Of a stretch of 64,000 nt of DNA, positions 20,791-31,675 are shown in pieces. The translations under genes and the position numbers were made by a program. The notes below the pieces were generated by a model that made no database searches, was not told where the DNA came from, and saw only the letters and a list, made by a program, of their open reading frames with translations. How positions within the stretch are numbered: the first letter of the stretch is position 1; the number at the start of each line of letters is the position of its first letter. The stretch comes from Eubacteriales bacterium. GTDB lineage: Bacteria; Bacillota; Clostridia; Oscillospirales; CAG-272. The stretch lies in contig JAZQWM010000052.1 in assembly GCA_045632345.1 (NCBI GenBank), forward strand, positions 5,229-69,228, read 5' to 3'.

Positions 20791-21728
20791 TGAAAAAAAT
20801 TAAAGCAGCAATAATTCTTATACTTCTTGCTTTCGTAATATTTGCATTAGTAATGGCTTTTAATCAATGGAGCTTCAAATCTATGTTTGAAAAAGACTAT
20901 ATAACAAATACACACGAAATCACAGAAAACTTTTCTAATATTAAAATAATGGTAGAAACAACCGATGTAGAAATACTACCGTCACAGAACAATAAATGCA
21001 AAATTGATATTTATGAAAATGCTAAATATCCTCATAAAGCAGATGTAATAGGCGAAGGTCTTACTATAACTCAACCAAATAAAAAAATTACCAACTCATT
21101 TTTTAATTTTGGAAATCCAAAAATAACAATTTATCTACCAAATTCAGAATATCAAGCATTTCTCGCAGTAGTGTCAACAGGCGACATTACAATAGATAGC
21201 AGCTTTACATTTGATATAATTGATATTGATGTTACAACAGGTGATGTAAAAAACAATGCATCAGTCAATGAAAACCTTAAAATCGAATCAACCACAGGCG
21301 ATATCATTCTTGAGGATATTTCAGCAAAAAACATTAATCTTTCAGTATCAACAGGGGACATTACATTAAAGAATGTATCAGCCTTAGATAATGTTACTCT
21401 TGATGTAAGCACGGGAAAATCTTATTTAACAAATGTTAATTGTAAGCACCTATCATCAAAGGGTACAACAGGAGATATAGAATTAAATAATGTAATCGCT
21501 ACTGAATCCTTCAACATAAAAAGAACAACAGGCGATGTTATATTTGATAGTAGTGACGCAACCGAAATTGTCGTTGATGTAACAACGGGAGATGTGTTAG
21601 GCACATTACTTACAGGCAAAAGCTTCAATGTTGAAACCACCACAGGCAAAAAAGAAGTGCCGCAAACCACAGGCGGACTCTGTAAAATCCACACAACAAC
21701 AGGCGATATCATCATAACAATTAAATAA
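20790..21728 (+). CDS. DUF4097-like beta-strand repeat protein (LiaG-like)
   Basis: 312 aa with an N-terminal TM helix and about 10 repeats of (S/T)TGD(I/V). Confidence 0.65.
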   Translation: MKKIKAAIILILLAFVIFALVMAFNQWSFKSMFEKDYITNTHEITENFSNIKIMVETTDVEILPSQNNKCKIDIYENAKYPHKADVIGEGLTITQPNKKITNSFFNFGNPKITIYLPNSEYQAFLAVVSTGDITIDSSFTFDIIDIDVTTGDVKNNASVNENLKIESTTGDIILEDISAKNINLSVSTGDITLKNVSALDNVTLDVSTGKSYLTNVNCKHLSSKGTTGDIELNNVIATESFNIKRTTGDVIFDSSDATEIVVDVTTGDVLGTLLTGKSFNVETTTGKKEVPQTTGGLCKIHTTTGDIIITIK

Positions 21729-21767
21729 AACAAACATATATTCACTTGAACATCTGTTCATAAATAA

Positions 21768-21799
21768 AAATAACTATTGCGAAAATGCAATAGTTATTT
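21768..21799. terminator. bidirectional terminator
   Basis: AAATAACTATTGC-GAAAAT-GCAATAGTTATTT between convergent genes. Confidence 0.75.
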
Positions 21800-21804
21800 T
21801 TATT

Positions 21805-24800
21805 TTATATGTCCGTTTCCTCAACCTCAACACATTTTCCAAGCTTAACGGAGTAAATAAGAACTCTATTTACTAAATTATCAAAAATCTTATTGCAAGC
21901 CTTTCTGTAATAATTTAACTGAATTGAATGCTTTTCTCTTAAAACGTCCTCGTATTTATCTAACGGCACATCATCGGTTTTGTAGTCAACCAAGGTTAGC
22001 TTTCCATCCTCTGTTTCGAAAATACAGTCAGTAACACCTTGCAAGAGTACCTTTTCCTTCTTCAAATCATCGTAAGAGGTAAGATTATCAGCTTCAATCA
22101 AAACGTTAAATCTAAATTCTCTTATTACTCGCTTTGATTTAAGAATTTCCTTAAATAAGCTTGAATTTTTAAATAGCTCTAATTTATCCTCGCTTACAAG
22201 CATACCGTCATGCTCTGATATAAATGAGCTACTAATAAGTCTGTTAAGTTCATTCTTAACGCCATTTTCCTTTTTAAGCTCAGTAAAATTACAGAACTGC
22301 ATAAATGTATGTGTTGCAGTACCTATTTCAGCCGCCGTTGATTTTTCATCCTCAGTAAGCAAAAACCTAGGCTTATCCTTAAGAGGCTTAATTTCAATAT
22401 CGCTATTTTCATTGCCGTCAAGAATTTCAGGATAAAGCTTAGATATGCTCATTTTAGATGGCAAATTCTTTAAGTAATCATACTTATACTTAAAATTAAA
22501 TCTTTCCTTTAAAATCTCTTTATATCTGTCAACAGTTTCTCTTACGTAAACAGGATCCTTTGGATCTTTAGTGCCAGGCTGTAGATCCTTTGTGTCAATC
22601 TCATATGCAATAAAGGAAGCATCATTATCTCTTGCACCGCCAACAACAAAGCTGTATAAGCTCTTAGCGTTATAAAGCTCATAATGCTTAATATATTTTT
22701 TTCCAAGAGATAAAGTATTTCTATTTTTCAAAGGATTAGCAGTAGAAGTAGTTAAAATTAAACGATTCTTAGCTCTAGTCATAGCTACGTAAAGAACACG
22801 CATTTCCTCCTCGCGCATATCTCTTGCAAGCTGCAATCCAATACACTTTCTTGCAATAGTCTCATATTTATTAAGACCGTCATCGCGACTAACGTAGCCT
22901 GCAATACCCATGTTTCTTTGGAAGAGAATAGGGTCCTTTGTGTCGGCATGATTAAATGGGTCAGCAAGATTACAAATAAAGCAAACCTCAAACTCAAGTC
23001 CCTTTGAAGAGTGAATAGTCATTATCTTTACGTTTTCCTTTGCAGTATCTCCCGAAAAGCTCTTATCTCCCTTTGAATCGGAAATCTTTTCAACGTGCTT
23101 TAAGAAGCTATATAACCCCTTAAAGGTGTTCCCCTCATACTCTCTTGCAACGTTGTAAAGCTTAATAAGATCATCCTTTTCCGTAGATTTACACATGGAA
23201 AGAATACCGCAAATACCAAAAATATATGAAATAGCTTGATACGCACTCATTTTCTTAGTGGCTTTTTTAATATCGCTAATCTTTTCAAGGAACTTTTTAA
23301 GTCTTTCCTTTAAATCATCATCCTTGCCGCGTTTAATGTAAGAATTTACGCTTGAATAAAGAGTAGCGGACTTTTCCGCCTTATTCTTTATTTTAGCAAG
23401 GTCCGAAAGTGAAAACTTAAATACTTGGGATCTCATAGCGCCGGCTAAATAAATATCTCTTGACGGATTATCAATAGCATTTAAAATACAAAGCATCAAA
23501 AGAATATGCGGTTTTTCATAAAAATCCTCAGCCATTTCAAATCTTGCGCTAACGCCGTATTTTTCAAGAGCCTGTGTGTATAATTTATGATTTTTTGTGT
23601 AGTTGCGAAGCAAAATAGCAATATGAGAAGCGTTTATCTTATCTCCGTTTGGTAAGTATTCATAGTCAATCATATGCTTAATACGCTTAGCTACGTACTC
23701 AGCCTCATATTTAGGACCGTTACCCTTGCCAAGACCTTGTGAATTTATTAAACAAAGCTCCACATCCTCGTGCTTGTAATCTTCATTTACCTTCTTGGAA
23801 AATATAAGCTCATCCTCACTTTTATCGTAAGGAATACCGTGAGAATTTGAGAACGTATAGTCAGAAACTAAATTTGAAAAATCAATGATTTTCTTATCAC
23901 ATCTAAAATTATTAGACATAAAAATTGAAAATCCTATGCTTTTATCCTTGTCGTATGTGATTTCTTTTTCAAAATTAGTTCTATACCAAGAAAAAATCTC
24001 AGGCTCAGCTGAGCGGAATCTGTAAATGCTTTGCTTTATATCTCCAACCATAAATCGGTTATTGTTTGAAATTGCCTTAAATAGCTTGTCTTGTATTGAG
24101 TTAGTATCCTGATATTCGTCAATATAAATTTCAGTATACTTTTCCTTTAAATCGTTTGCAATATTATTTTCCTTATTATCAAGAAGAGTAAGTGCAAAAT
24201 TAGCAATATCGTTAAAGGAATAAACAGAGTATAGATGCTTTTTCTTAATTAAAGCTTTCTCAAATTCAATTAAAATATCGTAAATCGCTTTGCAAATCAC
24301 GTGATTTTGCTTTAATGAGCTTTTAATTCCAGCCTCACTAGACGTAAATAGCGTATCCTTTAATTTTGTTGCAAAATCCTTGAAATTTCCTCTTGCATCT
24401 TTATAAAAATCCATAGGAATATCGCTATTTGATAGCTTGGCTGTTGACATTCTTGTAAAGTCAATATTAGTAGCAATTTTAGCTATTTCGTCATAGCCTT
24501 TTCCGTGCTTAAATGCGCTGTCAAGGTCGCATAAATATTTATATTCAGTATCAAATAGCTCAATATATTTACCGCCATTACTGTCTCCACGTATATCCCT
24601 TAAGGCATCTGCATAAATAGGAATAAAGTATTCAAGTCCCTCGGTTACGTACTCCTTTAATGCGCTTCCGTAAACAGTATCGAAGAAATTATCAACACAG
24701 GAGTTGTCAATTAAAAGCGTTTCAAGACCGTCATTTGTGGTCAAAAGCTTTTTTCTTAAATCTAAAAGCGATTTGCCAAGCTCACTTTCAGACCAAATGC

Positions 24801-25287
24801 TTGAATAACAGTCAGCCACCAATAAAAAGCTCTTGTTAGTGCCGTTTTCATATAGCTCATCAATAATTTCGGAAATAGTTTCCTTTTCAAGCACGTCAAT
24901 TTCACTTGCTTGACCAATTCTAAAATTAGCATCAAGTCCTAAGCTTTTAAAATTAGGGCGCACAATTCTCATACAAAAGCTGTCAATAGTACAAATGTCA
25001 GCAGAGCCAACCTTAAGCATCTGGTCGCTGATATGAGTGCTTGTGGGATCTTCCTTTAATACCTCGCTAAGAGCTACGCTTATCTTGTTTTTTAATTCAG
25101 CCGTTGCCGCCTTTGTAAAGGTAACAATGAGCATTTTTGAAATATCCTTACCACTTTTAATTTTACGGATAATTCTTTCAGTCAAGGTAGCACTCTTACC
25201 ACTACCTGCCGCCGCAGATATAATTAAATCACTGCCATTATGCTTTATTGCCGACAGCTGAGAGTCGGTCCAATTAACCTCGCCCAT
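21805..25287 (-). CDS. addA: ATP-dependent helicase/nuclease subunit A
   Basis: UvrD-type helicase motifs (AAAGSGKS, DEYQDT) plus a C-terminal nuclease. The ATG at 25287 has an AAAGGAGAA RBS and overlaps the addB stop (TAATG). Confidence 0.9.
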   Translation of the reverse strand: MGEVNWTDSQLSAIKHNGSDLIISAAAGSGKSATLTERIIRKIKSGKDISKMLIVTFTKAATAELKNKISVALSEVLKEDPTSTHISDQMLKVGSADICTIDSFCMRIVRPNFKSLGLDANFRIGQASEIDVLEKETISEIIDELYENGTNKSFLLVADCYSSIWSESELGKSLLDLRKKLLTTNDGLETLLIDNSCVDNFFDTVYGSALKEYVTEGLEYFIPIYADALRDIRGDSNGGKYIELFDTEYKYLCDLDSAFKHGKGYDEIAKIATNIDFTRMSTAKLSNSDIPMDFYKDARGNFKDFATKLKDTLFTSSEAGIKSSLKQNHVICKAIYDILIEFEKALIKKKHLYSVYSFNDIANFALTLLDNKENNIANDLKEKYTEIYIDEYQDTNSIQDKLFKAISNNNRFMVGDIKQSIYRFRSAEPEIFSWYRTNFEKEITYDKDKSIGFSIFMSNNFRCDKKIIDFSNLVSDYTFSNSHGIPYDKSEDELIFSKKVNEDYKHEDVELCLINSQGLGKGNGPKYEAEYVAKRIKHMIDYEYLPNGDKINASHIAILLRNYTKNHKLYTQALEKYGVSARFEMAEDFYEKPHILLMLCILNAIDNPSRDIYLAGAMRSQVFKFSLSDLAKIKNKAEKSATLYSSVNSYIKRGKDDDLKERLKKFLEKISDIKKATKKMSAYQAISYIFGICGILSMCKSTEKDDLIKLYNVAREYEGNTFKGLYSFLKHVEKISDSKGDKSFSGDTAKENVKIMTIHSSKGLEFEVCFICNLADPFNHADTKDPILFQRNMGIAGYVSRDDGLNKYETIARKCIGLQLARDMREEEMRVLYVAMTRAKNRLILTTSTANPLKNRNTLSLGKKYIKHYELYNAKSLYSFVVGGARDNDASFIAYEIDTKDLQPGTKDPKDPVYVRETVDRYKEILKERFNFKYKYDYLKNLPSKMSISKLYPEILDGNENSDIEIKPLKDKPRFLLTEDEKSTAAEIGTATHTFMQFCNFTELKKENGVKNELNRLISSSFISEHDGMLVSEDKLELFKNSSLFKEILKSKRVIREFRFNVLIEADNLTSYDDLKKEKVLLQGVTDCIFETEDGKLTLVDYKTDDVPLDKYEDVLREKHSIQLNYYRKACNKIFDNLVNRVLIYSVKLGKCVEVEETDI

Positions 25288-28200
25288 TATTTCTCCTTTC
25301 TGCATACCGAATAATGCTCACAGTATTCGCAAGGGTCATTCTTTGAGTCATCTGGTATAGCGCTTGCGTCTCCGCTTATAATTTCGTTGCCGATTTTCTT
25401 AATCGCATTTTCAAGCCTTGCGTAAATATCATTGAAATCTTGAAGCTTTAAATACCAATCACTATGCTCAGCTTTGCTTGGTATAAATTTACCGCCACCG
25501 CTTGAATCTTGAGCATTAATAACGTTAGTATCATCAAGAAAACAGCCTGAACGCTCAATTCTGTCAATAGTAACGCTGGACTCAAAGTCATCAAGAGAGG
25601 ATGACTCCAAATCAACGTCATATTTTACTGAGTTCTTTGAAATGTTCATAGGGAAGTACATAATTCCCGCAGGCTTAACTTCCTTTGTGTCCCCCATAAA
25701 GCTCTTTTTAAAGTCGCAATCCTTCATGTTGCAAAGGGTAAACAAATAAATAAATAGCTGCGCACCGTATCCCTTATCAATTAAGTCAAGGTCAATTTTT
25801 TCAACACCCGACTTATAGTCAATAATCTTAACGTAAGCAGTATCACCGTCTCTGAAAACGTCAACTCTGTCCGCCGTACCCTTTAAGGAAACAACAGAAC
25901 CGTTATTTATGTCATAGGTTAACGGAATAGGTGCGTCTGTACCGTCGCCGGAAAGAGAAAGCTCCATATAATGCTCATCAAACTTGCTTTGCTTAAGCTC
26001 TGAGACAAGCTCCATTAAATACAAAACTAAATTTCTTTTTAGCTTATTAAATAAATATCGTAGCTTTTTAGAGTTGTTAACTGATTTACATATAAGCATT
26101 GAGTAGCTATTTATTATATCATCAACAATTTTTTCAACGTCCTTCTTTGTAACGCTATTAATGTCAATCTTTCCATCACGTTTTAAATTGAAAAACTTTT
26201 CAATAATTAAATGGTTAAGAGTTCCAATATTGTTTGAAGCAAAGGTTATTCTACTGCTTGATTTCAATTTTAAGACGTTTTCGCAATAGTACTTTAATTT
26301 ACATGAAGCAAAGGTCTCCATGCTTGATTTAGATAGTGAAATATGCTTTTCAAAAATCTCCCCTGCAGTATCGTTATCAATGGAAAGATTTTTGTTAGAA
26401 AAGCCACTCTGTGATGGCTTTTGATCATTAAAGTATTCCTTAATAGCCGTAGTAACGTCAAAATCATAAGAGCCAAGCTGCTCATCAGCATTAGATTCAG
26501 TATAAATTCTGTCAATAGGCGCAAGAGTAGAGGTGTCAACGCTTTTGTCCTTCTTTGTGTCCTTGCCGTCCTTGTCCTTAATCATACCAAGCATAGTGGA
26601 AACTCTTGAAAACGCCATTGAAGGAAGCATTGCCGTACCTTTAATGTTAGTTTTTAAGCAAGAAACAGTAACACTATCCGAAGCTAATGATAAAGCATGT
26701 CTGAATGCTAAAAGCTCATCATCGCTTCTCATTTTAGTTTTAGAGGAAAGCTCAAAATTCACGTTAGCATTTGAGGTTAAGGTAATGCCAAGAGTTTCAA
26801 GTGTAACCTTATCTGTATCTGTAAAAAAGCCATCGTCGCTAATTTCCATAGGGAATACACCCTCATTTACACCTAAAATAAATACGTGCTTAATGTTATT
26901 AGCTCTTACAGTTGGCGCGTCCCCAATTAAAACGTTATCCTCTCCCGATGGAATGGTTGTGATTTTATTTTCACTTAAGGCGTATCTTAAAAGAGAAGCA
27001 AAATCATCAACACCAACGTAGTTATCGCCACAAATCGTTACCATTTCATCAAGTGCAGAAATAAATATATTCCAAATTTGCGAAAGCTCGTATCCGTCCT
27101 GTCTTGAAACAGAATAAATCTCCTTTTGAAGCTTTTTCTTTACGTCGTGTGCTTCTAAAAATTTAAAAACAGCCTTTGCAGCATCACAAACAGTACACTT
27201 TTTAGAAAAGCAATTTTCAAGTATAGAGAGCTTGCTTTCAACTGCGTCTCTTACAGCGTTTACGCGTCTAAGTGTCTCTAATTGGAACATTGTAGGCTCA
27301 CTTACGTATCCGTCAGGATTGGATGCCCAGTAGTCCACGTCCTTGAACTTCTTGCCGTAAATGTTCCATCTGAACATATAGCTTTCAAAATCATTCAAAT
27401 CATTATCATGTATATCCGTGTATCCGCACTTGATATATGAAATAACGTCCTCATATCTGTAATTGGATATGGAAGCAAGAGCAGAAAACACCATTTTAAT
27501 AACAGACGTTGATGTAATGTCCGTAGGAACAGAATAAAAGTATGGAATATCAAATTTATCAAATGAAAAATCAATTATACCCTTATATGTGTCTGAATTT
27601 CGCATTATAACCGCAATATTAGAGTATCTTAAATCCTCATTTTTGAAAATAAGCTCTCTGATTTTTGAGGCAACGTATTCGCATTCCTCAAATTCATCAT
27701 TGGCTTTAACAAGATTTATACCGCTAAGGCCGGGAATTTCATTTGTGCAGAAATTCCACACGTTTTCACATACGGCCTGTATGCTTTTGTTTGCGTGCTT
27801 TTTATCCTCGGTAAAGGCTTTTTCACTAGGCTTGATTTTTAAATCATTTGCGCAAATAGCATATAGCTTGTCTCTTGCGTCTGTAATTTTTGCATATTGC
27901 ATAGCGCCTGTCTTTGTGCCTAAAGGACAGTCAAATGCAACAGTAACGTTTTCACAGCTTATAAAAAGCTCCTTAATAACGTCAAGCTGATTTTTAGTAA
28001 AGCTGTAAAAGGAATCAATGTAAACGTTTACACCTTTTAAATATTCCTTACATTCTTTAGTTTTTAGTATGTCAGCAAGGCTTGAAAGATCATTCAAATT
28101 ATCGCTGAATTTACCGTCAAGCACCTTTTCATAGGCAGACCAAACTACCAAAATATCTTTTAGCTTATTTTTAAAGCGGGCATTGGTTTCATCTCCACTT

Positions 28201-28646
28201 TGAATTTCCCCGTCAATATAATCAATCGCTGATTGAATTTTTTCATTTGTAACGCTATAAGCTTTTAGCTCGCCAATGGCGCTCAAAAATAGCTTTACAC
28301 AGCTTTTTTCACGACCCTCTTCAATCTTGTACTCAGTAAGAATAGAGCCACATTCACAAAGAGCGCGATACATGGCGAGGTTTTTTCCGCTTTGGCTTAT
28401 GTAATTGTATTTAAGTCCACCGAATTCTCTGAATATCTTATTTGCAAATCGCGTAAAGTTGGTAGCCTCGCAGTAATACTGACTTGAAGCAGGAAGAAGT
28501 GTAGCAATCTCTCTTTCGCTGATTACAGTTTGCTGTTCAGGAACAAGCAAAACTACCTGCTTTTTATTTTCAGTATCATTCTTTATTCTTTCAAGAATTT
28601 CGGTGCTTTTTCCGCAGCCCTCATTACCGAAAAGAAAATTAATCAT
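25287..28646 (-). CDS. addB: ATP-dependent helicase/nuclease subunit B
   Basis: GNEGCGKST P-loop and C-terminal Fe-S Cys cluster (CEYCEHYSVC). MINFLFG start at 28646. Confidence 0.9.
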   Translation of the reverse strand: MINFLFGNEGCGKSTEILERIKNDTENKKQVVLLVPEQQTVISEREIATLLPASSQYYCEATNFTRFANKIFREFGGLKYNYISQSGKNLAMYRALCECGSILTEYKIEEGREKSCVKLFLSAIGELKAYSVTNEKIQSAIDYIDGEIQSGDETNARFKNKLKDILVVWSAYEKVLDGKFSDNLNDLSSLADILKTKECKEYLKGVNVYIDSFYSFTKNQLDVIKELFISCENVTVAFDCPLGTKTGAMQYAKITDARDKLYAICANDLKIKPSEKAFTEDKKHANKSIQAVCENVWNFCTNEIPGLSGINLVKANDEFEECEYVASKIRELIFKNEDLRYSNIAVIMRNSDTYKGIIDFSFDKFDIPYFYSVPTDITSTSVIKMVFSALASISNYRYEDVISYIKCGYTDIHDNDLNDFESYMFRWNIYGKKFKDVDYWASNPDGYVSEPTMFQLETLRRVNAVRDAVESKLSILENCFSKKCTVCDAAKAVFKFLEAHDVKKKLQKEIYSVSRQDGYELSQIWNIFISALDEMVTICGDNYVGVDDFASLLRYALSENKITTIPSGEDNVLIGDAPTVRANNIKHVFILGVNEGVFPMEISDDGFFTDTDKVTLETLGITLTSNANVNFELSSKTKMRSDDELLAFRHALSLASDSVTVSCLKTNIKGTAMLPSMAFSRVSTMLGMIKDKDGKDTKKDKSVDTSTLAPIDRIYTESNADEQLGSYDFDVTTAIKEYFNDQKPSQSGFSNKNLSIDNDTAGEIFEKHISLSKSSMETFASCKLKYYCENVLKLKSSSRITFASNNIGTLNHLIIEKFFNLKRDGKIDINSVTKKDVEKIVDDIINSYSMLICKSVNNSKKLRYLFNKLKRNLVLYLMELVSELKQSKFDEHYMELSLSGDGTDAPIPLTYDINNGSVVSLKGTADRVDVFRDGDTAYVKIIDYKSGVEKIDLDLIDKGYGAQLFIYLFTLCNMKDCDFKKSFMGDTKEVKPAGIMYFPMNISKNSVKYDVDLESSSLDDFESSVTIDRIERSGCFLDDTNVINAQDSSGGGKFIPSKAEHSDWYLKLQDFNDIYARLENAIKKIGNEIISGDASAIPDDSKNDPCEYCEHYSVCRKEK

Positions 28647-29499
28647 CTGAATTTCCCCCGTCATTTATCTCTGAATATTTCTCTCTGTTTTCATATATGT
28701 CAACGTTTCTTGCTATAACTCCGCGGCCACGCCAAGCAAAAGGACGAGCAGAGAATTCCTCATCGCTAAGACTCTCAAGCGTTTTTTTGTCAAGAAGCGT
28801 AATCACGTCGTTTCTAAAAAAGTCAATAGGCGTTAAAGTGGCATTTTTTGTATAAGGGCAAACGTTTTGACATACGTCGCAGCCCCAAATGCTTCCGTTT
28901 TGAAGCATGAGCTTAATTTCATCATGGGTTAAATCGTTTTTCTTCTGAGTAATAGCGGAAAGACATTCGGTTTTAGGCTTTCCGTTTTCTCCAATACAGC
29001 CACAGGGGCAAGCATTTTGACATTTTTTACAATGTAAGCACTCCGTAACCCCTTTGTTGGGCGCATATTCAAGACCAAGCTCACTATCTGTCAAATCAGT
29101 AACACATTCCGCTAAAAAAACAAATGAAGAATATTTTTCGTTTATAAGAAGTCCGTTATCTCCAATAAAACCAAGTCCGCTTATACATGAAGCGTGCACC
29201 TCATCAATAGGGGAGTGGTCGGCAAAAAGACAGAATTTTCCCTGTGGATATTTTTCCTTAACGTAATCGTTAAGCTCTTTTTTTAGTATTTCAACGTATC
29301 TGTGATAGTCAGGAGTAGAAGCGTAAACCGTTAAATTCACAGGCGTATGCTCGCTTCTGTACGGAATTAAGAAAACAATAGCGTTGTCATCTATGCTAAA
29401 ACCGTTCTTTTCCAAAAGATATCCCTTTAAAATTTTGCAGCTCTTTAACGGAATAAGAGAATAAAATTCAATTCCGTGTTTTATGAAAAATTCCTTCAT
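28639..29499 (-). CDS. queG: epoxyqueuosine reductase-like 4Fe-4S protein
   Basis: YASTPDYH, GLGFIGDNGLLI and two CxxCxxCxxxCP-like clusters. Start taken at MKEFF. Confidence 0.6.
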   Translation of the reverse strand: MKEFFIKHGIEFYSLIPLKSCKILKGYLLEKNGFSIDDNAIVFLIPYRSEHTPVNLTVYASTPDYHRYVEILKKELNDYVKEKYPQGKFCLFADHSPIDEVHASCISGLGFIGDNGLLINEKYSSFVFLAECVTDLTDSELGLEYAPNKGVTECLHCKKCQNACPCGCIGENGKPKTECLSAITQKKNDLTHDEIKLMLQNGSIWGCDVCQNVCPYTKNATLTPIDFFRNDVITLLDKKTLESLSDEEFSARPFAWRGRGVIARNVDIYENREKYSEINDGGNSDD

Positions 29500-29621
29500 T
29501 TTGCACCATCCTAAACAGTTATAATTCAATTATAATATCTTTTCAGATTAAAGTCAACAACTTAATGTCTTAACGTTAGTACATTAGAAAAATTTCAATT
29601 ATAAAAAAATGGAAATTACAC

Positions 29622-29650
29622 TTGCAATAAATATTTTTATATGCTAAAAT
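29622..29650 (+). promoter_or_regulatory. sigma-A type promoter
   Basis: TTGCAA, 17 nt, TAAAAT with TG extended -10. Confidence 0.55.
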
Positions 29651-29689
29651 TATTATGTATAATTATCTTTTATTTTTTTAGGGGGAAAT

Positions 29690-31672
29690 ATGGCTAAGGA
29701 ATACAATGAGCAAAGTATATACGCATTAACAGGCGCAGACCGTGTAAGAAAAAGACCTGCGGTAATTTTCGGCTCAGATGGACTTGAAGGCTGCGAGCAT
29801 TCATTTTTTGAAATTTTATCTAACTCCATAGACGAAGCAAGAGAAGGCTACGGTAAGGAAATTACAGTAACCGTATATCAAGACAGAACAATCGAGGTTG
29901 ACGACCGCGGACGTGGCGTTCCACTTGATTTTAACAAAAAGGAAAACCGCTATAACTGGGAGCTTGTATATTGCGAGCTTTACGCAGGCGGCAAGTACGA
30001 AAACAACGATGGCGGCGCATACAAATATTCTCTTGGCTTAAACGGTCTTGGTGCATGCGCAACACAGTATTCATCTGAATTTATGGACGTTTATTCCTAC
30101 AAAAAGGACACCCTCTACGAAATTCACTTTGAAAAAGGAGCTCCTACAACCGATCTCAAGGTGCGTCCTTTAGAGGGCAAGGAAAGACGTACAGGCACGT
30201 TAACACGTTGGCGTCCTGACCTTGAGGTGTTTACCGACATCGCAATTACAAGAGAGCATTTTTTAGACGTTTTACATAGACAAGCAGTAGTTAATAAGGG
30301 ACTTAAATTAGTTCTTAATTATCAAATGCCAAACGGCAAGTTTGAGAAAACCGAATTCTTTTACGAAAACGGTATTACCGACTATCTAAATGAAATTGTA
30401 GGTGCAAACGCTAAAACTGCCCCTGTTTACTGGGAAATGGAGGATAAGGGTAGAGACAGAGAGGACAAAGAGGATTACGAGTTTAAGGCGCAAATCTGCT
30501 TCTGTGTTTCCAACACTGTGAATATGACCGAATATTTCCACAACTCCAGCTTCTTGGAGCATGGAGGCTCTCCGGATAAAGCAGTAAGAAAAGCATTTGT
30601 TAACGAGCTTGATAAGTATATCAAGGACAACAAAAAGTATCAAAAGGGCGAAAGCAAAATCAGCTTTACCGATATTCAGGAATGCTTAGTTGTTGTAATC
30701 AATAGCTTCTCAACCCAAACCTCATACGAAAACCAAACAAAGAAATCAATTACCAATAAGTTCATTGAGGACTCACTTTGCGAGTTTATTAGATCCAAGC
30801 TTGAAATCTACTTTACAGAGCATAGCACCGAGGCTGAAATTTTCGCAAACCAAGCTCTTATCAACAAAAGAGCAAGAGAAAAAGCAGAAACAACCAAGCT
30901 TGATATTAAGAAAAAGCTTGCTACCTCAAGCGATTTTACAGCAAGAGTAGAGAAGTTCGTTTCATGCCGTTCCAAGGATGAAAACAAAAGAGAGCTTTAC
31001 ATAGTTGAGGGAGATTCTGCTCTTACGTCCTGTAAATTAGGCAGAGATGCTGAATTCCAAGCAATCATCCCTGTAAGAGGTAAAACTCTTAACTGTCTAA
31101 AAAGCTCCTATGAAAAGATTTTCAAGAGCGATATCATTATTGACCTACTTAAGGTTATCGGTTGTGGCGTTGAGGTTAAAACCAAGTCGAAGGACGATAT
31201 GATGCCATTTAAGCTTGAAAACCTAAAATGGCGTAGAATTATTATCTGTACCGATGCCGATGAGGATGGATTCCAAATCAGAACACTTATTTTAACAATG
31301 TTCTACCGCCTCTTACCAACTCTTATTCAAGAGGGAAAAATCTTTATTGCCGAATCTCCACTTTATGAAATTACAAGCGGCAAGGATGAAATTCAGTTCG
31401 CATATAACGAAACTGAAAAAGCAGAAATTCTTGAAAAGCTTCAAGGCAAAAAGTACACAATTCAGCGTTCAAAGGGTCTTGGCGAAAACGAGCCTGACAT
31501 GATGTGGCAAACCACAATGAACCCTGAAACCAGAAGACTTATCCAGGTTAGCCCTGCTGATGAATACGAAACACAAAAAATGTTTGAAACCTTGCTTGGC
31601 GATGATATTATAGCAAGAAAAGCATTTATCGCAGAAAACGGTTCAAGATACATGGATCTTGCAGATATTTAA
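29690..31672 (+). CDS. type IIA DNA topoisomerase subunit B (GyrB/ParE family, divergent paralogue)
   Basis: 660 aa with GHKL ATPase N-terminus, TOPRIM (LYIVEGDSA, CTDADEDG) and QRSKGLGE tail. Confidence 0.85.
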   Translation: MAKEYNEQSIYALTGADRVRKRPAVIFGSDGLEGCEHSFFEILSNSIDEAREGYGKEITVTVYQDRTIEVDDRGRGVPLDFNKKENRYNWELVYCELYAGGKYENNDGGAYKYSLGLNGLGACATQYSSEFMDVYSYKKDTLYEIHFEKGAPTTDLKVRPLEGKERRTGTLTRWRPDLEVFTDIAITREHFLDVLHRQAVVNKGLKLVLNYQMPNGKFEKTEFFYENGITDYLNEIVGANAKTAPVYWEMEDKGRDREDKEDYEFKAQICFCVSNTVNMTEYFHNSSFLEHGGSPDKAVRKAFVNELDKYIKDNKKYQKGESKISFTDIQECLVVVINSFSTQTSYENQTKKSITNKFIEDSLCEFIRSKLEIYFTEHSTEAEIFANQALINKRAREKAETTKLDIKKKLATSSDFTARVEKFVSCRSKDENKRELYIVEGDSALTSCKLGRDAEFQAIIPVRGKTLNCLKSSYEKIFKSDIIIDLLKVIGCGVEVKTKSKDDMMPFKLENLKWRRIIICTDADEDGFQIRTLILTMFYRLLPTLIQEGKIFIAESPLYEITSGKDEIQFAYNETEKAEILEKLQGKKYTIQRSKGLGENEPDMMWQTTMNPETRRLIQVSPADEYETQKMFETLLGDDIIARKAFIAENGSRYMDLADI

Positions 31673-31675
31673 GAC

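Noticed and set aside
21152-21745. Minus-strand ORFs with SPVV repeats. The same reasoning covers the many 60-160-aa antisense ORFs inside argH, argB, argD, lysC, addA, addB, the lipoprotein gene and others.
   Set aside because: They are mirror images of strongly supported genes on the opposite strand (here the TTGD repeats). None has an independent RBS or promoter.
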